A stretch of 64,000 nt of DNA from Camelus dromedarius (taxonomy: Eukaryota): positions 100,938,001 to 101,002,000 of the forward strand of contig NC_087472.1 of assembly GCF_036321535.1 (NCBI RefSeq), in the 5' to 3' direction. The translations under genes and the position numbers were made by a program. Each line of letters begins with the position of its first letter. The first letter of the stretch is position 1. Shown piece by piece: positions 27,126 to 39,823 of this stretch. Below the pieces are notes generated by a model that saw nothing but the letters and a program-made list of their open reading frames with translations, ran no database searches and had not been told where the DNA came from.

Positions 27126-30100
27126 AATAAGAACAAAACAAACAAACAAAAAGTATTGTCACTGCTGGGCACCAACACCATTCAGGACTGAATTCCATAA
27201 ACTCTGCAACTGCCACTCCTTAAAAACCACACACCTCTGTCAACATGATCACCAGGTCATCAATTCCACTACACATGATGGCCACCTCACAATGCTCTCC
27301 TCTATATACAAGTTTCACTCTATATAAATGACTGGACAAACCTAGGTCACAAGCCTATATCCTAGCTGTAAAAGAGATTGGGGATGAGTTTTCTGGTAAA
27401 GTGGGACACATAATATGAGAAATTACCAAAATGTAGATAGGATATTTAAAAGTCTACTACAGCATGCTAAAAATAAAAAATAAACAATTTTTTTAAAAAC
27501 CTTCCATCTAACTAACCACTATTATTGTATGGTGGATTCTTTGGTGAAGTCATTGCATCCTAGAGAGCCTTTTTGTAAGACAAATATTTTACCTCAATGT
27601 GGTAACACATTTAAAACCAGCTTCCCGATCTGAGGGACCTAAGCAATAATCTGGGGTGGAGGGGGTGTGAAGCCACATGATAAATAAGCAAACATCTTCA
27701 CAGAATGTTGGTTTTGCTTAATGTTAAGTAAGACAGACATATACAAACACACATATACACACACATGCAAGAGTTTATTATGGAACAGAATTCAGCATTT
27801 CTATGAATTCATGCAACAAATCATGAAAAAACTCAAAGAAATGTCATTCTTATAGTTGTCAACTTTGGCTCCCCCCTCATCTAGCATACTGTAAATGCTG
27901 ATAGAAAAGTTTCAGGGAGCCCCACAGGGAGCCATTAGCACCTAGTTACACACCAACACAGGTTCAACTATAACACAGTTATGTCCGAGACCAGTGACTA
28001 CTTCTATAGGACAAGCATGTCTACAGGGCAAGAAGAAAGGTAGATCTACTAGACACGTATCTGACAGAGAAGAGAAACCACTAAACAAGGAAGGAAGGAA
28101 GGAACTGATATGAGGAGATGTGGGGCAGAAAAGGAGGCACCTTTCATAAGAGAAATAGTCACTGAGCATATTTCCTCTGTGCCAGGCAATGCACTAGATG
28201 GTGAGGCGACAACAGTCAACATTCCATGCCTCTGTGGAGCTTACAGTAGAATTTTACCAATGGTCCACCCACATTTAAACTCCAGGCTTTAGTATTTCCT
28301 AGGTATACTCTCAGGTAAAAGTGAAAATGGACAGAAAAAAGCCAAAAATGGCCATAAAGAAGGAAAACCAAGATCCTGGGATGTAGCTGGGGTAAAAGCA
28401 TCAAAGCAAGGCATGCAATACATAAATCCACATTATTTCTTGCTATTCTCCCAGCTTTTATATGCTCTTCCTAGACCCATGTCTTTGAATACACTGTCTG
28501 CCAGAAAATCCCTTCCCTCCACCTGACATCTCGGGCCTCCTCTGAGATTTTTCACAAATACTTAGGAATCATTACCTTTCCCAGTCCCCTTAAGTCTGCA
28601 TGAAGTGCACTTCTTCAGGCCTAGAGTACCAGCATCCTGTTTTTCCATCTAAATGTGCATATCATCATGAACCTGAGTCATCTTTTCTTTTGGTCTCTTC
28701 TGCTAAAATATAAACTCCATAAAAGGGCACAACACCCCAGCTTGGCTTTATATCTCCACCACCTACCATGATGCTGACACTCCTTTGGTTGCCTACACAC
28801 TGACACCAAGATACCCAAACTATCACCTTATCATAAAGTCAGCCAAAGAAAGTCAAGTATGGCCTTCCTTTACCAACCCTGCACAGAGGGACAGACTGGA
28901 AAGCACAATTCCAAATCAAGGGCAGTCACTCTGGATAACAGAGAAACCACTAGCACAAAAACATCAGTTTCAAGCTCTAAAGTGAGGCAACTCTTTAAAA
29001 ATAAATGTCTTGGGCAGGACAGGAAGTGAAAAAAGTAATGACATAAACCACTGTAAACTCTTCAAGTTACCAGCATGAGGGGAAAAAAAAAGAATAAAGC
29101 AACAAGGAAGGAATACAGAGCAGGTATAGAATGGTTCAGAAAAGCTTCAGAACTCAAGGCCAAAGTGAGCTAAGTTAGAGACTGCATCAAAATGTAGATA
29201 GATTTCAAAGGAAATATTTGAAGAAGGCAGTGATGCTGTGGTTATTCTTTGTATACATGGGGAGAGGGAGAGTGCACAACAGCATTCTTTACAGGCACAA
29301 ACTAACTAACGACTTTACACCAAGAAAGACCTGAACAAATGCTCGTTCAGTCATCAAGGCAAGCAAAAACTTAGCATGGCTGAAGATTTCCAAAAAAGAA
29401 GTGAGCATGCAGGGACACATACTGTAGAAGGATAAAGAAACAAATTAGGATATATAAGACCTTTACAGCACTTTTACATACACAAGCTCACTTGAACATA
29501 AGAAGCTTAACAGAGACCAATTTAGTATAAAAGATGGTAAGGCAATAGACTGTGACTGACTTGAAAATGGTACTCTTGCTAAATATTAGCACTTCTAAAC
29601 GATATTAACAAAATTCTCTAAAAATACTATAGGTGTTAGAATGAGATTTCATAAGATATGAAACAGCATAAATGCTGAAAAATATTAAACTAGACTTAAG
29701 ACATTGTATTTGGGGAAAGAAAAGAATAAAGCAAATTTAATGTTGATATTTAATGAAATGCTTCATTAAAACATTAAATACCTTGAGCGGATTAAAGATG
29801 TCTAGGGGAAAAACAGCAAAGAGTTTTAAGTTTAAATATGGAAGAGAGCTAAAACTGTTAGAAAAAAACCTAACTCAGTTATAAATAGAAATGACATTCC
29901 TATATAACGTTAACAGACTGGTGAAGGATAAAAGAAAAGGAGTCTTTAGAAAATTGAAGGTAATTTCTATTAAAAATACGATGAGAGTATCACAGATGAC
30001 AATCAAGAAAGTGGCTGCAAAATTTTTAACGAGATGAGGGAAGAATATTTTACTTTACAGAGACTTTGACTTTTGTGGTAAATTATCAAAGTTCCACTGA

Positions 30101-30129
30101 GCTAAAACTCTTGTCTTTTGTGGCATTTC

Positions 30130-30622
30130 ATTTCATGTCACATCCCCACTTGAAACCTTTAATAGCTTCCCAGGAGGCTTAGGACAAGTTCAAAAACCCA
30201 GCAGATGGCCTACTAAGCCTTTTCAAGACCTGGCCCCTGCCTACTTCTGCGTCATCATCTGCTTCTCTACTTCCCAGCCATTTTGGATTTCTTTCAGTTC
30301 TATAAAAGGTTTTTCAAAAGCCTCTCTCACTTTGCCTGAGGGCGTTTGCACTTTCTGCCACAAAAACTTATTTCCCCAACTAAACCATGTCCTTCTCATC
30401 CCTCAGGTCTCACTTAAATGTTACCTCCTCAGTATGGCCTTCCCACCTGCTCCCCACATGGCAGATCTCCTATACCTACCTGTTAGTTCCGGGTACGTCT
30501 CCTCTTCTCTGCCTCCATTTTAAGCCTGTAAGTTCTCTGAGGGCAGGGCCTACTTTGAGGCTTTGAGAGCCTCTATCAGTTTGGTACACAGTAGACACTC
30601 AGTAAGTATTTGCTAAATGAAG
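30130..30622 (+). mobile_element. L2 3' fragment
   Basis: cttgaaacctttaatagcttccc...gacctggcccctgcctac...ggtacacagtagacactcagtaagtatttgctaaatgaa. Confidence 0.7.
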
Positions 30623-32334
30623 GACAAATCCTCAAGATATGGGATGGGTTATTTTAGAAAGAAATAATAAATCATGAAACACCAATTTGTACAAAAGTAG
30701 CTTTTGTTCTACCTCAACTATTTTCAGTTATTAACAATTAAAATAAAACTTTTTCTTTGTGTCTACAATGCTAGTTTTAAATTTCAGTAGTAACTTTATC
30801 AATAATAATTACTAGCAATTAAATTTAAAACGTCCCACCAGAAACTGACAATCCAGAGTAGGGTGTGTGGATAAATACGTCACACTTAAACCAGCTTTTG
30901 TACTCTCTATTTATCAGTGAACTAGTTTCTACTCTTAGTCAATATCAGGGTAATTGAGCAAATCCAAGTCAGTAAGTTGTTCTTCAACTATTACTTAACA
31001 CCATTTTTTTAATCTGCCATATTTTCCTTGCATGAGTGTGTGCTTAATCTGATTATTGTAACAGAATCTTACACTGCCAAGAACCTAATCTTTAGGCATA
31101 ATACAAAATCTAAAACTAAGAAAAATTGCAACTTACTTAAAATAACTTAAAGTAGTCTTAGAAATAAACTATAATGTATTCATCCATATATTTTGTTAAC
31201 TAACTTCCAGAAACCAAAGTTGTTACTTTCAAAATCACTATTTCCGTTTAAATCAAAAAAGTCAGAAAGCACTTCATGTTACTATTTGGTGTTAGGTCTT
31301 TCTCTTACAAAAGATGCAAAGTAACAACAGAATCACACAGTCGTAGCTGTTAAACAGTTTTTTTTTAAGTAAAACTATTTAAAACCAGTTATGATTGAAT
31401 TTACAGTAAACTATTATTATCAGAGCAGTGCTGTGTCCTTTCAGTTTGTTATTAAAAACCCAGACACAACCTACCACACAAGGAGGTATTGATTCACCTG
31501 CCCGGCACTTGTAAGGGTCACTTTGCATAGAGAAATGTTCACCTAAAAGTAATGAAAGTTAGTTTCCAAAACACTTTACTTCCAAACAAACCATTGCATT
31601 CCTCTATTATTTGTACCCCAAAAAATACCATCCTCAAGCCATCCTATCAGCAGTGCCCATCTACACATGCAGAAAACAGATCAAAGAGAGTACCTGGGAA
31701 CCGAACACAGCGGAACTCAGCCTATCCTGTACATCTTGTTCCCAAGGGAGATTTACTCCTCCACCTGCCCTTAAGGGTAACTAAAAATGATGCAGGCAGG
31801 GAAAAGTAGCTACAATACCTTGCAGGTCAAGCTATTTCTAAATTCCCCAACAATCCAGTCTGAAGCTATGCAGAAAGCAGACAACGTGTTGGAAAGCCTG
31901 AATTTAATGAAGCCTACTCTCTGGCAGGCACAGTAGACATGGATCTCTCAAGGGGGATTAGAGCTCAAACAATAAAATGCACAATGTTATTGGCTTAAAA
32001 TCAAGAAAACCAATTATTTTGCCCTTGGTCTGAAATCCTAAAGGAATTTTTTCTTGCCCAATAATTATTATTACTTTTACCTTGATTTCTTATTCCTGAT
32101 TTTTCAACATATCACTAAGAACATTGTATTTTATTTGCTGGTTTAAGAAAGATTAAATAGAATCAAATCAAAACCACAAAGACAAGGTAATGTATACCAC
32201 TTGCAGTAGCATCCTTTGTATCCTGCTACATATTATGTTTAGGCAAAAACTTTTGAAAATACAAAAAGTACTAAGAAGTTGTAATATATGTAAGGCGATA
32301 TTTTTAGAATACATATCTTTTACGATCTACATGA

Positions 32335-32570
32335 TTTCGTTTATCAGTGTCTGGTGATAAAAGATCTAGGTGGAAGTAAACAAGGTAAAAAAGTGCATGT
32401 TGGCAGGAGGGATCTTTTGGTGATGACGGAAATGTTCTAAAACTGGATTGTAGTGATGGTTACAAAACTCCACAAATCTACCAAAAAAAAAAGATCACTG
32501 AATAGTACACTTAAAACAGGTGAATTTTATGGTATGTAAAGTATACCTCGATAAAATCATTAAAAATGCA
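32335..32570 (+). mobile_element. Old L1 (L1MB/MC-type) 3' end
   Basis: ggtgatgacggaaatgttctaaaactggattgtagtgatggtt...gtacacttaaaacaggtgaattttatggtatgtaaagtatacctc. Confidence 0.75.
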
Positions 32571-33449
32571 TACTGAAAACCCATAAAGAAATCCACAAGC
32601 AGGTCTGTATAGGTCTCATCTTTGTAAAACAACTGTCCTGCTTTGACCAAGGTAATTTCCAGCCCTGAGGTTCTACAATATTCATCATTCCTTTCTAACT
32701 TTAATAAGTGGCAAAGTAATTCTCATCAATCACAGAATAAGATTTTAAGTCCTTTTCCTCCCTAACATGGACCTGACGGTTCCTTTGGGCTAAGCAACCG
32801 TTTAGCTCTCTCTTAAGGATGGGTCTTGTTTAAAAAAAAAAAAAACACATAATTATATGAGGCTTTAAATAACAGAAAAGTCTACTTTAAAGCAGAAAAA
32901 TTTTTGTCAGACTCCAACTTCTACATAGTATTAAGCAGCATCAATAACATCTCTGTAGACCTCCAAATTTTATTTCACTGAAGTCATTACAATTAAGAAG
33001 AGAAATCCATCGGCAAATTTTAATGGCTGCCATTTTACTTCAAGAGTGCATCTAAACCACAAAACTGAATTCAAGGAATATCTTCATAGCCTTTATTAGT
33101 GTAGCAAATTTAATCAAAGTCAGTCAAAAGTTAAAATGGAACATGAAGAAACATGAAATATCAAGTGGTTCATTAGAAACAGCTACCTCATTTTGGGTAT
33201 AAATAATTCTGTACAACCATCATTTATGAAGAAACAGAACTAATGACCCTCTTAGAAAAGTCTGAACGGGCAGTTGTCCTATCCAGCAGCGCTGATGGAT
33301 CTGCATCCAGCCTCCCATGTGACTAAAGGTCATAGGCCTTGCCTCTGAACTCCAGGTGGCATATTTATACCTCTAGTGCCATCCCAGGAGGGATGTACAG
33401 TAGGAGCTCAAAATACATTTGGGGAAATCAGACTCCTAAAGAGAAGCAG

Positions 33450-33700
33450 AAAGCATAGTTTTCAAGAGCACAGGTTCAAGTCAGACCGGTTTGAATGGAA
33501 GTTTTGCCTCTGCTGCTGACTAGCTGGGTTAATCTGGGTAAATTATTTTCTCTCCCTGAGCCCATATGGTCAAGTGTATACGGAAAATAAGAAAAACATC
33601 TCCCTCATAGAAATGTTGTGAGAACACACACAATATATTCGTGCAAATAAATTATTTGCCATAGTACCTGGTATTCGGTAAGGCTGAATAAATAGAAGAT
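33450..33700 (+). mobile_element. MIR
   Basis: agtcagaccggtttgaat...ctgactagctgggttaatctgggtaaatt...ctctccctgagcc. Confidence 0.65.
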
Positions 33701-36503
33701 TATAATTTAATTATTATAGAAAAAACTGCCGAAAAGAGAGACCACACCCAAACCTGACTCTAATTAGAACTATCTCAAACATAAATGTTTCTAAGAGCTT
33801 AATTCAAATGCTAACAATCAATTTCAAAGACCTGAATTGGCTGAAGTTCTTAACCTAATGAATAATTTTCTGTTAATTCCCAGATCTGAATGGTCTAAAT
33901 GTTATCAGGCTCTTTAGGTGGAAAGTCCTCAGTCACAAGTTTCATACCCGCGGACAGATTTGTATCCAAGTTCATATCTCGGTATTAAGTAACTGTATAA
34001 ACTCAAATGAGAAATGAGGCCAGATCTTTGAGTAATCAAGTCATGTAAGCACTGTTCTATATAAAGCAAACATTCTAGAAACTATCAAGAATTTAAATCC
34101 AAACAATAAAGCGATGCGTCGTCAATAAAAGAGATCTAATGTTAAGTTTAAGATTGAAAGTAAATTGGAAAATCTTCTCAAACAGAAAGTTTAAGTGTAG
34201 TCATTTAATTGCATCATTTTCTTAAGTTGAAATACGTGATCCAACTGACACCATTATCAGTTGATAAAGAACCTTTGAGGTTCTACTTCTGCCTCTATCA
34301 AGAAAATTGATGTTGCCAAAAAATAAAACTTTAGAATCTAAAACTATCAAATTCTGAATAAAGTCTTTTCTAAAACTTAAAAAGCGACCTAATACTTCAA
34401 ATTTTGCTATTCTTTTACCAAAGTTAAGGGATATCTAAGGGATTTCCCTCACATTTTGGTTCCATGTATGTGGAATCGTTTGTTCTTAAATGCCTTCTGT
34501 TATTATCTGACATCAATTTATTACACGAAAAAGTCACATCCCCATGCTAACAGTCAAAAGCGAAGTACTATGTTAACATACCTTCTAATATCTAGAAGAA
34601 ATAGGAGATAACCACCAAAGTTATCAAAATAAAAAGGGAGAAAAGGTGAACTTTCAACTGACACACCAAATAAGGCTTGTTTGCTCACTTCCTTATAAAT
34701 TTCCTACAGCAATATTCTCAGATACAGTGGAATTTTCTATCACAAAGTAAATTGAAACATAAATCATAATGAGAGGTTAAATTTCTGCAACAGAAGCCAC
34801 TGTCTTTTCCAACAATGCAACTATTGTTGAAAGAGTCTCTCAGAGATTCTTGAGACACAGTGGTGAAGTAAGGCTGGGGGGAAAAGGCATACTTGAAGGA
34901 ATTTCTCCACCTCTGTGTTTCAGTTTGTAATGTAACAATACCGCACCTTCAAAGTAAAAATACCAAGTAAAATCTGGTTCTCATTAAATGAGACTGCCTT
35001 AGCCCCATGCAGCATATTTGGAACAGAATACATCTGATTCGCAATCAGTCAACCTTCTATTACTCATCTATGCAAGATGGCCCTGCAATTTCCCTCAATG
35101 GGAGCCTTTTCTTTTAAAACCCCAGGGAACACTGTAGATGCCACACTCTGATCCAAATGACTCCAAGGAAATTACAATGAAAATAGTAGCAGATTTAGCC
35201 CAGGGAGCTTGCATAAGTAAAAATTTTAAAAACCTGAGATAAAGGGGTCAAAAATCCCTACCACAAGCCCCTAAATCATGAATAAATGATAAATGTGAGC
35301 AGGAAAGAAAGGAGTCTTCTCTGTAGAAAGAATGCTTATTTATAATTATTTTTTAAATATATCAAATTTTGTTTTTAAGAAAATTAGGCATAGGAAACAC
35401 ACTCAATAAGCAAAATTAGAATAGTAAACTGTTTTCTGTATATACATATATATCAAATGAATCGTTGCATTGATTTGGTTAAGAGGCAAGAAAATTCAAA
35501 GGGACTTGATACTCTCTCCAATTGAAGACCCTCCAACCCCTCTGAAATGGTAGATTATTTAACACTCTTGGAATGATTAACTTTATTTAGCATGCCTCTT
35601 TTGGAGCTCTATTATTTAAAAGAGCCAAACGGAATTTTTTTTCCCTAATTAGGTTTCCTTGTACTTGTGAAATGCTCAGCATACACTGTGCTGGCAGCTT
35701 TAGTTCTTCTACAGCTTCTCTCTTCAGGCTCCTTCCCCCCACCCCCACCCCTCTCCCACCCCCCACCCTCCGAAAAAAAAGATTTCCTTTCCAAATGTTC
35801 TCTTCTCTGCATTTGTCAACAGAAACACCCACTGGTGGTGTCAAACTGGTAATACTGCTGCAGGCTTCCTTACTTCTGTTCCAGTGTCAACGCCAAAAAT
35901 GCTCAAATCTAAAATAGTACTTTTAATAAAGAAATTAAACGGATTGCTAAGGTACTCAACTATCATGTTCTCAAAGAGGCACACTTTTAAAAAAAAATTA
36001 TTAATGGATCCTAATTGGGTTGTTAAATATAAGATTATACTAGCCCTCCCTTCAACACTAAACATACAGAGACAAGTAAACATAGGTTCTTCACATTTTA
36101 TGAATATTTTAAAACAAAGGAATTAAAAACAAATTAAAATCTAAATATCATTCACATATAATTCCGAACAGCCTCAGTAAAGATGTCTTTTTTGTAACCC
36201 TACATCAGGAAATAAACAAGCTGGAAACGTTCCAACAGATGTTACCTAAAACAATAATTCTATTCTATACATATTTATATCTCCTGTTTCCGTCAAACGC
36301 TCCCGGACAAATTTGTTTAATCTTTCACATTAACCACATAAACCATTACGTCCAAACAAACCTAATTCGGATGCACAGAAAAATTATTTTGTGTCTGCAA
36401 TACTTTCTAAAATCAGCTTAAATTTCAGCCAATTAAAACAGATCGTGTTAACAGAACATTGATCTGCAACTACTTAAATATCACAGCATCCGTCTAATCT
36501 CAC

Positions 36504-36555
36504 CGTGGAGATACTAAGGTCAGGCTTTTCTTTTTCAGGCATCTGTGCTTTAACA
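36504..36555 (-). other. Candidate 52-nt exon of the minus-strand gene
   Basis: Minus strand: gttttgtttttcttttcacttaAG|TGTTAAAG...CTCCACG|GTGAGA; good pyrimidine tract and donor. Confidence 0.35.
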
Positions 36556-37378
36556 CTTAAGTGAAAAGAAAAACAAAACCCTCAAGGAAGATCTGTCTTT
36601 ACACTGAAATATGTTCAGGTTATTTTTTCCCCCAACGTGGGCACAAAACGTGTCAGTGAGAGCAGTACCTGTTCATTCTGGGAAATGGTTCCAAACCTAG
36701 TATTTAATTTCTATGAGGGTCCAAAGGGTATGAAGGTCTGGGAGGGGCCAATTTCTGCTTCTCCCCACTATGCTAGTCATGAACTTCGTAACGATGCCTG
36801 AAACTTGTTCGGGGGAGGCTGGAGGAGCCGCGGGGCAAGCAGAGGGTCGCTCGCCCAACCTCGCAGGCAGCCAAGGTCAGCAGGGCCGGGGCCGCAGCTC
36901 GCAGTCCCTGGCGGGTCCCGTACTCCCACGGAACTCGGGCGGGGGTGCTCCGGCGCACAGGCTCCTCCTCGGCGCCGGCGGGAAGGGGCTTCCCTCGCCG
37001 CAAGCCCAGGGGAGCTCGCGCCGCGGGGGCGACGGGGCGGGGACGCTGCAGACCCGCAGCTGAGGGGAGCCTCGCGGGACAGCCTCGACCCGCCACCCTC
37101 CCTTACACCCTCCCGTCTGCTCACACCCCAAAATACTGCCCCAGCCCCTCGCTGAGGTAGCCTTTCCAGCGGCGCAATGGGGCGCTGAGGAGGAGCCACT
37201 CCAGACTGAGGTGCCCTCGCCGCTTCGCCCTGTTCTTAGGGGGACCCGCGCCACCGCCCCTTCTCACGTCTGCCCGGGGGGACCGGGTGGTTCCCTTCTA
37301 TCGGGAGAAGCTGGGTGGGCACGGGGTCGATGTGAGGACAAGGAGGCTTGGCCGGCGGGTGGCGGCGCGACTACTCAC

Positions 37379-37467
37379 CCCGCCGAGTCCCCCACCTCCA
37401 GCCATGGACCCCACAGCTCCTGAGGCCGCCGTCGCCGCTTTACCTTCCCCAGCGGCGGCGACAACTA
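37379..37467 (-). other. Probable first exon of an unidentified minus-strand gene (5'UTR, or short ORF MAGGGGLGG)
   Basis: Consensus donor GGG|GTGAGT (37378-37373); Inr-like TTAGTT ~37466 lies just downstream of the CCAAT/GC boxes; ATG at 37405-37403; TSS position is inferred. Confidence 0.7.
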
Positions 37468-38169
37468 ATCGAAACCTTCGACCCCGCCCTCTCGCACAGG
37501 CGAACGCGCAGCCTAATTTGCTAACTGCCCCGCCCCAATCGTCCCATTCGGACCAATAGGGAAGCACCTCAGACTCCGCCGGGTCCCCTAAGCCACGCCC
37601 ACTTATGATAGGAACCAATGAGAAGAGAGCGCTCGTCCTCGGGCTCGGGCTCGCGCGCCCCGCCCGCGCCGCTCGTGCTCTGGTCTCCGAAGCAGAAGAC
37701 TGCTGGTTCCTTGTATAAGCTCGCCTGCGCGCGTACGCGCGGGACGCGCCTCCTCGAGGTCCAGGTTTGGTTGCCCCGCCAGGCCCTAGCAACCTGGGCT
37801 GGGCGGCTGGGAGGGGCGGGGCCCGAGCCGCGAGCTGTCGGGGGAGGGGGGAAGTGGGGAGGAGGGGAAGATCGTGACTGGGAAAGGGGAGGCTGCGGGG
37901 GTGGGGGACCGAGGAGGCCCGGGAATCCGCCTGTCACTGCGGAAAAAAAGGGGAATCCTGCCTGCAGCGCAGCTATCCTGGCCTCTCTCCCTAGGGACAC
38001 GTGCGGGGTGGGGGTTGGGGGGGCTCGAGGAAGAGAGGGTAGAGCACATTTGGGGCGGAAGCGGAGGCTCTGTTCGGAAATGAAGGGTAGAGGACGGTTT
38101 ATCTCTTTTGATAAAAATGGTATCGAAGTCCATTCCTGATGATGCCCAACTGTTGCAGCTGCCCGTGTC

Positions 38170-38210
38170 CGCGCGCGCACACACACTCACACGCACATAT
38201 ACACACACAT
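38170..38210. repeat. (CG)n(CA)n alternating purine-pyrimidine tract
   Basis: cgcgcgcgcacacacactcacacgcacatatacacacacat. Confidence 0.85.
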
Positions 38211-38321
38211 TCACATTCATCCATCAGTCTGGGATCCCTTGGGTGATTTAGGTGCAAAGAACTAGTAGCCTGAGGATTCCTTACACAGCGGCTGGATGCA
38301 TGCAAACGGCTATTGCAGCAA

Positions 38322-38357
38322 CGGCGGCGGCGGCGGCAGCAGCAGCAGCAGCAGCAG
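38322..38357. repeat. Compound trinucleotide repeat (CGG)5(CAG)7
   Basis: Read directly from the sequence. Confidence 0.95.
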
Positions 38358-39514
38358 CAACCCACAGCTCTGCTTCGGTCCAATGCTCAGCCACACAAGA
38401 TTCCCCAGCTGGCATGAAAGCAATGAAGTCATCGCCCAACCAGTAGGAATGTAAAGATCTTAATATCTACTATGGATCAGGTTTCCATGAAGATGAAGAG
38501 GTGATGAAATGGAAGGAGATAAATTTCCAATGCCACTTTTTGAAAATTAAGAACAATAATATTTTTAAAGACATTGCAGATTAATCCATATAAAGCTGAA
38601 TAACAATTTCCACTTAAAAAAGCAAACAGGAAAAATAACAGTTTTTTTCTGGTTTATGGGAAAAGCACAGAAAATAAGCAGCATATGAGATCATAGCAGC
38701 CACCAAATTAGAAATATGCAGTACTGTACTGTAATGCGAAATAGATATCTTGGATAAAATCCACTTAATCTATTCCTGTCGTGAATCTGGTAACAATGTG
38801 TAACAAACACTGAGGTTGGCCACTCGGTGCCAAGTCAATAGGGTTTTCTTTTTCATAATATGGTGAATATTTGATGATGAGGAAATGAAGGTGCCTGCTT
38901 TCTCTTCAGCTTTTCAGGAAGCATATTAGAAAATTTTACAGGTAGGAATGGTAAATTAGCAGTGAGGGAAAATGGAGTCAGAGGCAACAGCAGAGAGCTT
39001 TGCAGAGTCTCCTGCCTCCTCCTACCTACTCCAAAGTAACAGTTGCTGTGACCTCAAGTTTCACCCACATGGAGCTAGAATCCTGGGGCAATCATTCCGT
39101 TTTCAATCTTGTCTGTTAGTATCTTTGTCCCAGGAGTTGTAACAGCATTACCTTTGAATCAAATGAAGAATGGTCTATCTCTATAGATTCAGAACAAGAC
39201 AAGGAAAAAACGATAACTAAATATCCAGTGATATAGGTCCAATTTAGTTTCAAGTGGTAATATTAGATGCTTTATAGTGTGCCATCCCGTGTATACAAAT
39301 ATGACCTTCCACTTAGGGAACTTTGCTTTGATCTGGTTTTGAGTAGCAGTGAAGGGATTCTTAGAGCCACATTTAGTTCAGTTAATTGCAATTTTGATCA
39401 AAAGCATATATTTTCCATAATGCCATTTAACTGAGCTCTTTTCTTATATAGAAAGAACACTAGTTCTTACCACTGACTGAATGCCTGCTATGTGCCAAGA
39501 ACTTTGCATACATT

Positions 39515-39823
39515 TAGAGTTGCCAGATAAAATACAGGAGGCCTTTTAAATTTGAATTTCAGATAAACAATGAATAATTTTTTAGTATAAGTATGTATTT
39601 TTATCCTGGATACATGTGGGACAAGGGTAGAAGGCAAAATAAGCTTTCTAATCATTATCCAAAAAAAAATTTTTTTTTGAAATTCTCCTCTGGGCCCAGG
39701 CCTCATAATGCAATCAGGATCTGGGAGAAAAGCTTAAAAACCAAATCATTCTGTAAATTTGTAGTGTTTGTAGAAAGAAGTGTGCATACTTATACTAAAA
39801 AAAACCTAAATCTGGTAACCCTA
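39515..39823. mobile_element. MER53 (hAT MITE) with an internal foreign insert, nested in a MIR
   Basis: Termini tagagttgccagat / atctggtaacccta; exact 8-bp TSD catacatt at 39507-39514 and 39824-39831; MIR sequence on both sides. Confidence 0.88.

Larger units (their letters stand above)
36780..38360. promoter_or_regulatory. CpG island promoter
   Basis: Abrupt high GC and CpG density in an AT-rich background; CCAAT at 37535, 37553 and 37615; GC boxes near 37482, 37528 and 37814; GCCACGCCC 37592-37600; NRF1-like gcctgcgcgcgtacgcg ~37723-37739. Confidence 0.93.

Noticed and set aside
37379..37467. Assigning a gene symbol to the minus-strand host gene
   Set aside because: No recognisable coding exon in the window; any name would be a guess.
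36770..38446. Many overlapping 60-205 aa ORFs in the CpG island, including the poly-Ala and poly-Cys/Arg frames
   Set aside because: Expected from stop-codon scarcity in GC-rich DNA; low complexity, no recognisable domain.
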